Source of the DNA: a virus
Taxonomy: Duplodnaviria; Caudoviricetes
Length of the DNA stretch: 64,000 nucleotides
Direction: 5' to 3' (one strand)
Virus record (IMG/VR): IMGVR_UViG_3300029305_005484
Part shown: positions 40,293 to 50,576 of the stretch, piece by piece
How the letters are laid out: each line of letters begins with the position of its first letter
Position numbering within the stretch: the first letter of the stretch is position 1
The notes under the pieces: generated by a model
What the model was told of the DNA's origin: nothing
The model's input: the letters and a program-made list of their open reading frames with translations, nothing else
The model's database searches: none
Made by a program: the position numbers and the translations under genes

Positions 40293-40565
40293 TTAAGAAT
40301 CTATCTTTCCTTGTATTAGAATAAATTCTGCAGGATCATTAGAATTCCATACACTATCAAAATGTAAAACATATACTTCTTTTGTTTCATTAGTATGTTC
40401 TCTAGTTATACCTCTACATATCCAATGTGCATTAGAATAGCATATTGCAGCTAATAATGCATAACCATCTCTAATAGTTTGATATACATAATTTGCTCCA
40501 ATACCATCTAAAGTTACTTTATCTATATAAAATCTTTCTTGATTAGTTTGTTGGTTGCAGTTTTG
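40293..40565 (-). other. Start-less cassette 3 (90 codons, beta-rich)
   Basis: QNCNQQTNQERFYIDKVTLDG...DGYALLAAIC...AEFILIQGKIDS*; no Met; stops 16 bp before copy 2. Confidence 0.7.
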
Positions 40566-40638
40566 TTAAGTAAGATTTCTGTAATCTTCGTAAATTACCG
40601 ATAACTAGAGAAAGTTAACTTAACAAAATTGGTTCCTC
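40553..40638 (-). repeat. 86-bp inverted-repeat element, copy 3
   Basis: 8 differences from copy 1. Confidence 0.95.
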
Positions 40639-40660
40639 TTTGTCCATTCACCAAGAAGAG

Positions 40661-40699
40661 AAATAAAGAGAAGTGATGCAGACACTTCTCTTTATTTTC
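40661..40699. terminator. Terminator hairpin directly upstream of cassette pair
   Basis: AAATAAAGAGAAGTG / CACTTCTCTTTATTT. Confidence 0.8.
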
Positions 40700-40882
40700 A
40701 CCATACATAAAAAATCTTTACTTTCAAAGGAGTCCAAATATGAAATCACAATCAAAACATGAATCCAAACTTGAAACGTTCTATTATATAAGATAATAGA
40801 TTAGTATTTTATTACAATGTTTATTACTAAAAATATTTACGACAATATTTTAATTGAAACATGAAAGGTTGGTTATGTATAA

Positions 40883-41680
40883 ATGGCAACTAAAATGCGA
40901 AATAGAAGAAAAATACATTGCCAGTTTTGTGATACATATTTTTTAGATCCAGATGGATATGCTAAACACTTAGAAACAAAACATAAGGATTTTTTACCTG
41001 AAGGATTTTCAGGATGGAGATATTATTACTATCAAAAGACTGGTAAATTAAATGGAAAATGTGTCATTTGTGGACATGAAACTGAGTGGAATGAAACTAC
41101 TCATAAATATAATAGATTTTGTAACAATCCAAAATGTAAATGTAAATACAGAGAAGAATTCAAAAAAAGAATGATTGGAAAGTATGGTAAGGTTACATTA
41201 TTAAATGACCCAGAACAACAAAAGAAAATGCTTGCTAACAGAAGAATATCTGGAGAGCATATATGGAGTACAAATCCTAAAATTAAAATTCCATATACTG
41301 GAAGTTATGAAAGAGAATTCTTAGAATTTCTTGATTTGGATTTAAATTTCGACCCAGAAGATATTATTGCTCCATCACCTCATACATACTATTATGAATA
41401 CGAAGGTGCAAAACATTTTTATATTCCAGATTTCTTTATTCCATCTTTAGGTTTAGAAATAGAGATTAAAGATGGTGGTTCTAATCCTAATACGCATCAT
41501 AAAATTCAAGATGTTGATAAGGTCAAAGAACGATTAAAAGATGCAGTTATGAAATCAAATAAAAGTACATTTAGTTACTTAAAGATTGAAGATAAAAATC
41601 ATTTCAAATTTTTTCAATTTCTTTCTGTAGCTAAACAAAAATTTCAAAATGGTGAAGATACTAAAATCTTTATGCCATAG
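40883..41680 (+). CDS. Zn-finger plus TnsA-like PD-(D/E)xK nuclease
   Basis: C2H2-like CQFC...HLETKH, CVIC...CNNPKC, GSYEREFL...YIPDF...EIEIK. Confidence 0.75.
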   Translation: MATKMRNRRKIHCQFCDTYFLDPDGYAKHLETKHKDFLPEGFSGWRYYYYQKTGKLNGKCVICGHETEWNETTHKYNRFCNNPKCKCKYREEFKKRMIGKYGKVTLLNDPEQQKKMLANRRISGEHIWSTNPKIKIPYTGSYEREFLEFLDLDLNFDPEDIIAPSPHTYYYEYEGAKHFYIPDFFIPSLGLEIEIKDGGSNPNTHHKIQDVDKVKERLKDAVMKSNKSTFSYLKIEDKNHFKFFQFLSVAKQKFQNGEDTKIFMP

Positions 41681-41692
41681 AAAGGAATAATA

Positions 41693-43009
41693 ATGGATCA
41701 AAGTATTTATACTGATTTAGTTAAAAAGATTAATTCATGTAATATAAATGATGAATCTAGAGCTAGATTACTTGGAAAATATTATGAATTATATGATACT
41801 CCAATTAGACATGCAATGTCTGTTGGATTATATGCTGATGGTCCTCAAGATGAATCAACACATCAAAAACTTAGAAATTTTTATGGAATTATTCCTAAGT
41901 TTAATGAAGCATATGAACTTGATACTAAGAAGACTATTCAGTACAAATGGTTTACAAATAGAGTTCTTAGATATGTTGATGGTGCTGTTGCTATAACACA
42001 TCCTCAATATTTCATATATGAATTTAAGAACTTCTTAAATTTTTTAACAATAAAGTCTGTATCTGATATTATAGAGACTTATAAAAGATCTTGCATTTTC
42101 TTAAAAGGATATGTTAATTATATCAAAAATACTCAAACAAATATCACTATTAATGAAGTAGCAAGATTTTTAATAAATGATGTTATTTATGAAGTTTTTG
42201 CTGCATGTACAGCATTATATAAGATTTGGAAAACAGAAGAAGAATTTGTGGTATATGATGATTTATTCCTTTTATTAGAAGGACTTGGAAAATGTATGTC
42301 ACAAAAAACAGATCCTTTTGATACATCTAAATCTTTTGCTAGAAATTTGTGTAATTTCTATAAAAACTATGGAATTCCTATGGATTTTATTTATGGAAAT
42401 AAAACTGGTATGGATCCATATTTCTGGCTTTATTTAAATTCAGGAAATGACATTTTAACTAAAGTTAGAGGATTTACATTTATACTTGCTACATATGTAA
42501 GTGGTGATATGGATGAAGCTGATACTATTATTCATTCATATACAGAAAGTGTATCACTAGAAAACTCCAATGTTACAGGTGAGGCACATAGAAATATTGC
42601 AGTATTTGGGAATAATTCTTTAGTAAATGAATTATCATCAAATGGTTTAAATTCATTTAAAATGGATTTAGAAAGATTTGATAAGGAGTTTATAAAAAAA
42701 TATATAGATAAACCAGAAACTGTAAAAATTAATTTCTTAATAGATGAGCAATTTAAAATGTATTTACAGGCTGAACTTGAATGTAAGATTGCTGTGGTAA
42801 ATCTTACAAAAGAAGATGAAATGATTATGTTTACAATTCTTCAATATGAAAATGATAACTTTGTATTATTTACAGTATCTGATGACCCTAATACATTATA
42901 TGGTTTGACACTTATTGAAGATTCTTCAACAAGAGAACGTAAACTCATTACAATTGATAGGGATGAGGATTTTTCATTTGAACTTAATGTAAATATCGAT
43001 AATGAATAA
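41693..43009 (+). CDS. Hypothetical late protein
   Basis: 438 aa, AAAGGA RBS. Confidence 0.75.
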   Translation: MDQSIYTDLVKKINSCNINDESRARLLGKYYELYDTPIRHAMSVGLYADGPQDESTHQKLRNFYGIIPKFNEAYELDTKKTIQYKWFTNRVLRYVDGAVAITHPQYFIYEFKNFLNFLTIKSVSDIIETYKRSCIFLKGYVNYIKNTQTNITINEVARFLINDVIYEVFAACTALYKIWKTEEEFVVYDDLFLLLEGLGKCMSQKTDPFDTSKSFARNLCNFYKNYGIPMDFIYGNKTGMDPYFWLYLNSGNDILTKVRGFTFILATYVSGDMDEADTIIHSYTESVSLENSNVTGEAHRNIAVFGNNSLVNELSSNGLNSFKMDLERFDKEFIKKYIDKPETVKINFLIDEQFKMYLQAELECKIAVVNLTKEDEMIMFTILQYENDNFVLFTVSDDPNTLYGLTLIEDSSTRERKLITIDRDEDFSFELNVNIDNE

Positions 43010-43024
43010 AAAAGAAAGAGAAGT

Positions 43025-43756
43025 TTAGACTTCTCTTTCTTTTTTAACTGTCACATGAATTATATCATCAACATATTTTATATCATCAGAATTATGTTTA
43101 AATTCGATAAATTCGTCAAATAATGTATTTAATTGATTACATATAACTTCGCAAACTTTAAATGTATTTGTGCTTAAGTCTTTATTAATTGATATTGCAA
43201 TATCAGCGCTAGACAAAGTTTTACGTCTTTTGTCATTAGATATGATTATATCGAATTCATGTATATCATTAAATATATTAATATATAAACTATTAAGGAT
43301 ATACTCTATAATATAATCTATATTTATAGTTCTATTATTTTTATTTTTTGATGGAAATAATAAAAATGTATTTATTCTATCAACAAGTAGCAATATTTGT
43401 TCTGACATTAAGATAGGATTTATTTTTATAAGAATAGAATCTTTCGTTCTATGTAAAGTTGACATTTCTAATCCTAACTCAAATAAAGAACCGTATACAT
43501 TTTCTATAATATTTGTACCATCACCTTCTTCACAATTACATACATGATAATCTAAATCTAATCCAGATCTATTACTACCATATTCTGATAAGAATCGATT
43601 ACACAGGTTTTTATTTTCCCATATTGTTACTGATATTATAAGTGGTGAACTTATATTAACAATATTTTTTGTAACTGCACTCGATATATGTATAGCATGT
43701 TTATACACATTTCCATCAAACTCTCTGATAATTAAATTTTCACTCATTTTATACAT
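43025..43756 (-). CDS. Hypothetical protein
   Basis: 243-aa ORF. Confidence 0.75.
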   Translation of the reverse strand: MYKMSENLIIREFDGNVYKHAIHISSAVTKNIVNISSPLIISVTIWENKNLCNRFLSEYGSNRSGLDLDYHVCNCEEGDGTNIIENVYGSLFELGLEMSTLHRTKDSILIKINPILMSEQILLLVDRINTFLLFPSKNKNNRTINIDYIIEYILNSLYINIFNDIHEFDIIISNDKRRKTLSSADIAISINKDLSTNTFKVCEVICNQLNTLFDEFIEFKHNSDDIKYVDDIIHVTVKKEREV

Positions 43757-44510
43757 ATCTCCTTAAATCAATTTTATAAGTTTGAGAATCTAATTTTTCT
43801 TTATCAATCTCAAAATCAAATAATCTATATCTATTACATATAGTTTCTACAGCTGTTGTAAGATTATTTTCACTTGTATATACATGTATAGATTTTATCA
43901 TTAGTCCAAATTCTGTATGATCTGCAATTACCTTAGAAGAATCTGATGTAATTATTAAATTGGTCTGAAGTATACCATTTGATAAGTTTTTAAATATTTT
44001 CTTATTTATTTTCTGAAATACGCACTTATCAAATGATTCAGTTTGATCTGGAAATGCTAATGACATTTCAGAAAGTGATAATACATCAATATTTATAAGA
44101 TCACTTACGTTTAAGTCTGTATTTATAGGTATTGCAATTGATGATACATTAATTTTATCAGTATCAATCTCTTTTAAACTCATAGTTGTTATATTTGCTG
44201 ATGATGTATATTCATCAATCTTTTTAGTTATGTAATCAGAAATAGATTTTTGTTTTTCACCATCTCTACTAAAACCAATGACAAATATAGTACCGAATGA
44301 ATTTGGTTTTATTGTATCAATAATGAGTTCTTTATAATAATCTTCATCATAATCACAAGTTCCCAATTCATCTTTCAAACATACTATGTATATTTTTGGG
44401 TTATGAGTAAATGTCATTCTTACAGCAGTTTTAACACTGTAGTATATACTTTCATTTAATCTTTTTTCATTTTCTAAATCATGTTTACATGTAATCATTT
44501 CAAAATTCAT
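43749..44510 (-). CDS. Hypothetical protein
   Basis: 253-aa ORF, AAGGAG RBS. Confidence 0.75.
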   Translation of the reverse strand: MNFEMITCKHDLENEKRLNESIYYSVKTAVRMTFTHNPKIYIVCLKDELGTCDYDEDYYKELIIDTIKPNSFGTIFVIGFSRDGEKQKSISDYITKKIDEYTSSANITTMSLKEIDTDKINVSSIAIPINTDLNVSDLINIDVLSLSEMSLAFPDQTESFDKCVFQKINKKIFKNLSNGILQTNLIITSDSSKVIADHTEFGLMIKSIHVYTSENNLTTAVETICNRYRLFDFEIDKEKLDSQTYKIDLRRYV

Positions 44511-44525
44511 ATTCTCATTCTCCTT

Positions 44526-45275
44526 TTATTCAACCACAATTTGTTTTCCAAGATATAATATACAATCTCTACCATCGATAATCCAATTAAATCCACTTAA
44601 GAATCCTAATAATTCATATCGTTTTCTTATTATATTTAACATATTTCTGACATTATCTGTAGAGATATATAATGCATTATGATTCCTTTCATAACTTTTA
44701 GCATCTATAATAGTTCTATTAGTTATCAATATACTAATTTCAGTAACTCCATCAGAACTACCTTTTACTAAAACTTTATCAATAGCATTCCATAATTTAA
44801 AATGATTATCGAATTCTTTTACTCTAATTATTGGAAAAGAATCTTTAAATAATCTATGAACATCTAATAATTTACTTTCTTTTATAATTATTGAACGAAA
44901 TTGATATTTCTTCATAAGTGTAACTTTTTCAACATCAAAATCAATATCAATACTTAATATATCTTTATATTCAGTAAATTCTTTTACAAAGTCATTATAT
45001 ATAGATACAATACCATCAAAATAATCATAATAATTTGGAATTATTATGATTTGATCTCCTATATGTATCGGTAGTGATTTATAAAATTCTTCAGTAATAT
45101 CTTCTTTTTTCAATGGATTATCCTTATCAATCATAAGAAAGAAATCTATTTTTACACTCCTTTTCTTTTCAGATGCTAAATAAATTAATGATTTAAATGT
45201 ATCAAAAATATATTTAGTTGGCTCCATTCTTGTTTCGGATGTCATTACATCAATATTAAGTTCTCGTTGTCCCAT
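44526..45275 (-). CDS. Hypothetical protein
   Basis: 249 aa, early motif at 45311, GAGGAG RBS. Confidence 0.75.
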   Translation of the reverse strand: MGQRELNIDVMTSETRMEPTKYIFDTFKSLIYLASEKKRSVKIDFFLMIDKDNPLKKEDITEEFYKSLPIHIGDQIIIIPNYYDYFDGIVSIYNDFVKEFTEYKDILSIDIDFDVEKVTLMKKYQFRSIIIKESKLLDVHRLFKDSFPIIRVKEFDNHFKLWNAIDKVLVKGSSDGVTEISILITNRTIIDAKSYERNHNALYISTDNVRNMLNIIRKRYELLGFLSGFNWIIDGRDCILYLGKQIVVE

Positions 45276-45390
45276 TATTTAGGTCTCCTCTCATATTTAT
45301 TCTCGTAAAAATAATATATTTTTTAAATATAGAATTAGTTATAATTTAAGGACATTTCTTTAAAAGACTTAAGAAAGGTTGGTAAATATT

Positions 45391-46641
45391 ATGAAAAAGA
45401 AACCTTTGAGTCATCCTGTAAAATATGTACAAATGATGCCATCAAGTGCACATATGTATGGTAATGCTGTAGCATTTATTCAAAAATGGTTAATAGATCA
45501 ATTTCCTAAAAAAGATAATGGAGATACTATTTTTAAGACTATAAATGTAAGTTCTAAAATTGCACATAGACAACTTAGAAGAACTAATAATGATATCAGT
45601 AAAAATAATAAACCTGCATTAATGATTCGACCAAGGGTTGATTTTAATGATGAAAGATTTTTACAGGGGACTCCTATTACAGATAGATTATTATATAATT
45701 CATATAATTATGGACCAGATGCTCTTCAACCATTCTTTTTTGATGATAGAAATCAGATTGCTATAAAGTATCAATTAAATAGAACTGTAATGTATGTCGA
45801 TGTAGTTTTAGTATTTTCATCATTGATGCAACAACTTAACTATGCTACATATTTAAAGAATAAAATACCTATGAATAGTCCGTTTGATTTGGATACTTGT
45901 TTTGAAAGTTTCTTATCAGTAGAAATGATGAATACAATTTCAGAATTATCTGGTGTTCCTATTGATACTAATGGTTCAGTGAAACCATTTTTAAATTATA
46001 TGAATCAACATAGTAATACTCCTGTAACATATAAGTTACAAGGAAGTACAAATAGTAATGAATTTTATAGATATCATCCGGTAAAAATCATTACAACCAT
46101 TCCTCAAATTGACATTGATGATGGTGAAAGAAATGGTCAAATAAATGATAATTATCAGATTAATTTCACAATAAGAATGGAATTTTATACAAATGGAATT
46201 TATTTCTTATTCTCTGATAAGATATTCAAAATTAAAAGACAACCGTTACCAGATGATTCTAGTATAATACCAGTATTTACAGATGTACTTTTAAGAGAAG
46301 ACTGGAATTTACAGACTGGTTGGATGCAATATAATAGAGCAACATGTCGTTTGACAAAAGAATATGATGATATTGAATTCTCTAAATTATTATCTCCTGC
46401 TATTATAACAGCAATAAAACATTATATAGAACGAGGTTATCTATTAAATGAAATTATTGATATTCGTATTAGAAGGCAAGGAGAATTAATCAGTTATGGA
46501 ATTGATTATGATGTAGATTTTGAAAATCTTACAATAAGATTTAAGAATAAAGATTTTGGATATTTTACTTATACAATAATGATTTGTATAAATCCAGAAG
46601 CAATTAATGAATTGATAAAACGAGAATTTAATTTGAAGTAA
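45391..46641 (+). CDS. Probable virion structural protein
   Basis: Late-type motif at 45351; start revised to MKKKPL. Confidence 0.6.
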   Translation: MKKKPLSHPVKYVQMMPSSAHMYGNAVAFIQKWLIDQFPKKDNGDTIFKTINVSSKIAHRQLRRTNNDISKNNKPALMIRPRVDFNDERFLQGTPITDRLLYNSYNYGPDALQPFFFDDRNQIAIKYQLNRTVMYVDVVLVFSSLMQQLNYATYLKNKIPMNSPFDLDTCFESFLSVEMMNTISELSGVPIDTNGSVKPFLNYMNQHSNTPVTYKLQGSTNSNEFYRYHPVKIITTIPQIDIDDGERNGQINDNYQINFTIRMEFYTNGIYFLFSDKIFKIKRQPLPDDSSIIPVFTDVLLREDWNLQTGWMQYNRATCRLTKEYDDIEFSKLLSPAIITAIKHYIERGYLLNEIIDIRIRRQGELISYGIDYDVDFENLTIRFKNKDFGYFTYTIMICINPEAINELIKREFNLK

Positions 46642-46754
46642 ACAAGTATGTAAGCGTATCTGAGTGAAATTAGATATAGCTGCGTTAAAATACCAAATTA
46701 TTTAAAGGCATGATATTAAATATCAAAGTTTCTTAATAATTGTGTTCAATTCTT

Positions 46755-46794
46755 AAAATAGAAGGAGTTATCTGCAGATAACTCCTTCTATTTT
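46755..46794. terminator. Perfect 40-bp palindrome, bidirectional terminator
   Basis: AAAATAGAAGGAGTTATCTG|CAGATAACTCCTTCTATTTT. Confidence 0.85.
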
Positions 46795-46800
46795 TGTCCC

Positions 46801-46980
46801 AATGATATGATTAATATATATCGTTATACGCTTATGAAATTAACACGATTAAGAGGTTCGATATAATGTCACAAATATCGAAAAAGTCTCAATGGAATTC
46901 ATTCAAAACAAAAAACATCCTATCACTCGCATGCCGAATATAAAAAACGACATTAGTATTTTAAGTTTAACCATATCATT
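46801..46980 (-). ncRNA. Candidate structured late small RNA (about 180 nt)
   Basis: AACA-N6-TA puts +1 at 46980, first base of a 14-bp closing stem with 46801-46814; terminator follows; no credible ORF. Confidence 0.45.
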
Positions 46981-47052
46981 AAATTTTTGTTATATTGATA
47001 TTTATTTTAAATCCCACAATAATGTAATTAATTTGTAAAGGAGATTTAAAAT

Positions 47053-48390
47053 ATGAAATCTGTTAACACTCAAATCGAAGAAGTAGACAGAATGCTGTCT
47101 ATGTATAGAGAAGTAGTTGTAGGCGAAAGAGAAAAATTCACAAAAAATCTAGAAAATATTGGAATGAGTATTGAATTTGCAGAATCTCTTCTTTTTAATG
47201 AAGAACCAGATATTATTAAAATATGGAATATTGATGATATTTCTAGGTTATTCAAATCATTCGAATGTAATTTTGATATTATAAAAGAAGAGTATTATCA
47301 TTCAAATGATAAAACTATTTCATTCCATGAATTTGCTATTGATATCCTTCTCAAAGTGAGAGAAAAGATGTCTAATATTATTGATGCTGAAGAAAATATC
47401 AAAGTTTTAGAAGATGAAAGACTTGATATTTCTCGTTCATTTACAGCAGCATTAAAATCACCAGAATATCGTGAAGCAAGAATCGCTCAAATTCAAAAAC
47501 TTAGAGATCATCTTGATGAAGAAGAAGATCCTAAAAAGAGAAAAGAATTGAGTGATAAACTTGACCAAATTGAAATTAGTCAGAATTTCACTTTCTTAAA
47601 TGAAAGATTACATTCTGTTGGTAAAAAAGAAGTTCAATCTATCATTTCTGGATTCTTTGAAATGACTAAAGGAACTTATACAATGAAACGATATTATACA
47701 AATTTAAAGAGAATGGAAATTTCTCCTGATATTCATAGAATGTTTTTCAGCCTCGAAGAAAAATTCTTACCAGAATCGTATCATGTATACAATGATTTAT
47801 TCTTATATCATGTTATCAGATGGATAAGCTATATGGATGTTGATGATGCTAAAGATTATCTTTATATGTCATCAATCATTGGCGCATTGAAAGACTTAGT
47901 AACTGGGGATGCTACTGATGAAGAGAAACAAACATTACTTGGAGTAATTAAAGATTTCTATTCATTTATTGACAATGAAGAAAAACATAAATATTTCGAA
48001 GAAAGAAATATATCTTACAAAAATCATCCAGAAAGAATTTTAGCTGAAAAACGTGCTGAACAACAAAGAAAACTTAAAATTGAGAATACTCTTAGAGCTG
48101 AACTTGGACAACTCTATGATAAAACATATGTTATTCCACCATCAGATTTCGAAAAAGAATTAGCAAAAATTCAAGAAGAAAAAGTTCATATGATTGAACA
48201 ACTTGAAAAACTCAATGTTGGTTTAAATGGAAGAAAGAGATATGAAGATATCTTCAATTTATATGAAAGAACTATGGCTGCAGAAGCTCTTAAAGAGGAA
48301 GATTCAGAAGAACTTAATGACTCTGATGAAGAAGAATTAACTGAAGAAGTTCCTGTTATACAAACTACAGATGAAAGTAATGGGGTGTAA
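47053..48390 (+). CDS. Hypothetical helical/coiled-coil protein
   Basis: 445 aa, AAGGAG RBS, CACA-N6-TA upstream. Confidence 0.8.
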   Translation: MKSVNTQIEEVDRMLSMYREVVVGEREKFTKNLENIGMSIEFAESLLFNEEPDIIKIWNIDDISRLFKSFECNFDIIKEEYYHSNDKTISFHEFAIDILLKVREKMSNIIDAEENIKVLEDERLDISRSFTAALKSPEYREARIAQIQKLRDHLDEEEDPKKRKELSDKLDQIEISQNFTFLNERLHSVGKKEVQSIISGFFEMTKGTYTMKRYYTNLKRMEISPDIHRMFFSLEEKFLPESYHVYNDLFLYHVIRWISYMDVDDAKDYLYMSSIIGALKDLVTGDATDEEKQTLLGVIKDFYSFIDNEEKHKYFEERNISYKNHPERILAEKRAEQQRKLKIENTLRAELGQLYDKTYVIPPSDFEKELAKIQEEKVHMIEQLEKLNVGLNGRKRYEDIFNLYERTMAAEALKEEDSEELNDSDEEELTEEVPVIQTTDESNGV

Positions 48391-48393
48391 TAT

Positions 48394-48492
48394 ATGTCAG
48401 AAACAAAACAATTAAATATTACAATGCAAATGTCAATTACTTCAGAAGAAACAACTGAAGAAATTGATAAAGAAATAGTTGAAGAGGAGTAA
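48394..48492 (+). CDS. Small acidic ORF (32 aa)
   Basis: MSETKQLNITMQM...VEEE*, GGGGTG RBS. Confidence 0.45.
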   Translation: MSETKQLNITMQMSITSEETTEEIDKEIVEEE

Positions 48493-48495
48493 TTT

Positions 48496-48645
48496 ATGGA
48501 TAATAAAGAATTACATGAAACTATTAAAATTGATGTGGATAATATTGAAAATAGAGTTAATGGAAAAGTTATGGAAGTTGATTTTGCAGATATTTTTCCA
48601 TCAGATTCAGGTATCTCATTTGAAGTTGTTAGTGAAGAAAAATAA
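48496..48645 (+). CDS. Small acidic ORF (49 aa)
   Basis: MDNKELHETIKIDV...VSEEK*, GAGGAG RBS, terminator follows. Confidence 0.6.
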   Translation: MDNKELHETIKIDVDNIENRVNGKVMEVDFADIFPSDSGISFEVVSEEK

Positions 48646-48681
48646 AAAAATAAGACTAGTAGAAATTCTACTAGTCTTATT

Positions 48682-49419
48682 TTATTTTGTATGTATATTA
48701 AAATCATATAAGATGTGTTCTGGTAAATTATCAAAATCAACATCTTTTCTAGTTCTAACAAATTTTGTTATTTCTACGTTATCATGTGTTCTAGTTGAAT
48801 ATACTTTATTTAAAAAGTTTCTATCAACTAATGTGATATAATCAAATCCAATATATGCTTCTGGTATTTCATGTATAAATTCAATATCAAACTCATCAAT
48901 TGTATTTTCATTAGGTTCTTGTCTTGTAATTCCTTCTTGAAACAGCCAGTTAGGTGTCTTGCGTTCATATGGATTTGTAACATGAACTAGTGAAACTAAA
49001 TTTTTAGCAATATTTACATATCGATACGCTTTTCCATTTTTACATGAAATTATAAAATTACCAGGAATTAATTTTATAAATTCTCTTTTATCTCCAGCTA
49101 ATACTGGATATATAGTTTTCTTTGGTAATCTATAGAATGCAGTTGCAACTGTAGGGAATTTTTCTTTATCATAAATATCTCCATTCCTATATATAATAGG
49201 TGTAATCTCTCCAGTTTTCATACAATTAGATTTCTTTACAAATATTAAATCCCCGTCTCGTGGGATAAGATTAACATCTGTACTATAAATATCAGAATCA
49301 CACTTGATTCCATATGATTCTTTTCCAACAGTCATTACAGTTCCTGTATAAGGAATAGAGTTCCATAAAAATAGAACTCTTGAATATATTGGAAAATTTT
49401 GTCTTATTGTAAATGACAT
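48682..49419 (-). CDS. Hypothetical protein
   Basis: 245 aa, AAGGAG RBS. Confidence 0.75.
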   Translation of the reverse strand: MSFTIRQNFPIYSRVLFLWNSIPYTGTVMTVGKESYGIKCDSDIYSTDVNLIPRDGDLIFVKKSNCMKTGEITPIIYRNGDIYDKEKFPTVATAFYRLPKKTIYPVLAGDKREFIKLIPGNFIISCKNGKAYRYVNIAKNLVSLVHVTNPYERKTPNWLFQEGITRQEPNENTIDEFDIEFIHEIPEAYIGFDYITLVDRNFLNKVYSTRTHDNVEITKFVRTRKDVDFDNLPEHILYDFNIHTK

Positions 49420-49430
49420 AATATCTCTCC

Positions 49431-50489
49431 TTATAATTTATACTCTTTCAGAATAATCTGATCTTTTGGATATCCACAATCTTTGTTCTTTATATTATAG
49501 AAGACTTTTATCGATTTATATATGTACTTGAAATTAGAAAAAATCTTTCTATAAAATTCAATATTAGTATCTTTCATTTTGTTTTTAGGATTAAACATTG
49601 CATCATTATCTGCAAATATATTAAGTTGTACATTAGAACCAAATAATCCTAAACCTATTAGAAATCTAACTATCGGTTCATAATATTTACCTGTGACTGC
49701 AATAGTTATAGTATTCTCTGTATTGTATCCTAAGTTATGATATACAGATACAGCATCTAATACACCCTCACATAAATTAATAGTGATTAGTCCTTCGGTA
49801 AATGGATTAATTTGTGAAGATAATGAATAAAATATTCTATTCTCCGATGATTTTCTGGTAATAGGATATTTAATCCATGAAATATTTGATTTTTCAGTTA
49901 TATCTCGAAATAGAATATGTGAGTTTCCATATGATAGAAATCCTACATAATTAAGTTCAAGCATTCTTGCTACAGTTGGACTACATGTCAATTCTTTTAT
50001 ATTATTCTCTGTTAAAAATTGATAAAACGATGTAACCATTTTCATGTTTTTACAATCTTCCTCTGTGAATCGTTTCCCTAAACGATTTTCAACATATTGA
50101 ACTTTTGGTCCATATATAGGATTTGGAAGTTTGAAATCGAAGTTTATAAATTTCTCACCCATAATCTGTTTTTTATCATACTTATCACAAGTACTATTTA
50201 ATGTATCAATTCCAGATAATGTGTTTATATCATAAATTTCAAGACGTTCACAAACATCCTTTGTTACAACTCCATTAGCTGGACACTTGAAACAGTTGTA
50301 AACTATTGGACTATTATCTTCTTTATTCACCTTAATATATAAATGACCATGTGATGGGTCAGAACTATCTCCACAAAAACAACATCTTGTCACATACTGA
50401 ATGTCACTAACTTTTCGATACCATATATTTGGTCTAGATGTGAGTTTTGAAATAAATTCTTCTTTTATTTGTCTATTGTCCATAATCAT
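49431..50489 (-). CDS. DNA primase (Zn-binding plus TOPRIM)
   Basis: RCCFCGDS...GHLY...YNCFKC; CEGVLDA; FADND. Confidence 0.85.
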   Translation of the reverse strand: MIMDNRQIKEEFISKLTSRPNIWYRKVSDIQYVTRCCFCGDSSDPSHGHLYIKVNKEDNSPIVYNCFKCPANGVVTKDVCERLEIYDINTLSGIDTLNSTCDKYDKKQIMGEKFINFDFKLPNPIYGPKVQYVENRLGKRFTEEDCKNMKMVTSFYQFLTENNIKELTCSPTVARMLELNYVGFLSYGNSHILFRDITEKSNISWIKYPITRKSSENRIFYSLSSQINPFTEGLITINLCEGVLDAVSVYHNLGYNTENTITIAVTGKYYEPIVRFLIGLGLFGSNVQLNIFADNDAMFNPKNKMKDTNIEFYRKIFSNFKYIYKSIKVFYNIKNKDCGYPKDQIILKEYKL

Positions 50490-50576
50490 TCTCTCTTTAT
50501 TGTAATATTAAAAAATTGTCTTTTCTATCTTACAAAAAGAATTAGAGTACAGAGATGTTTCTCTGTACTCTAAAAA

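Noticed and set aside
40191-40638. CRISPR array
   Set aside because: Repeats are 86 bp, the intervening 276 bp is an open frame, other copies are dispersed, no cas genes
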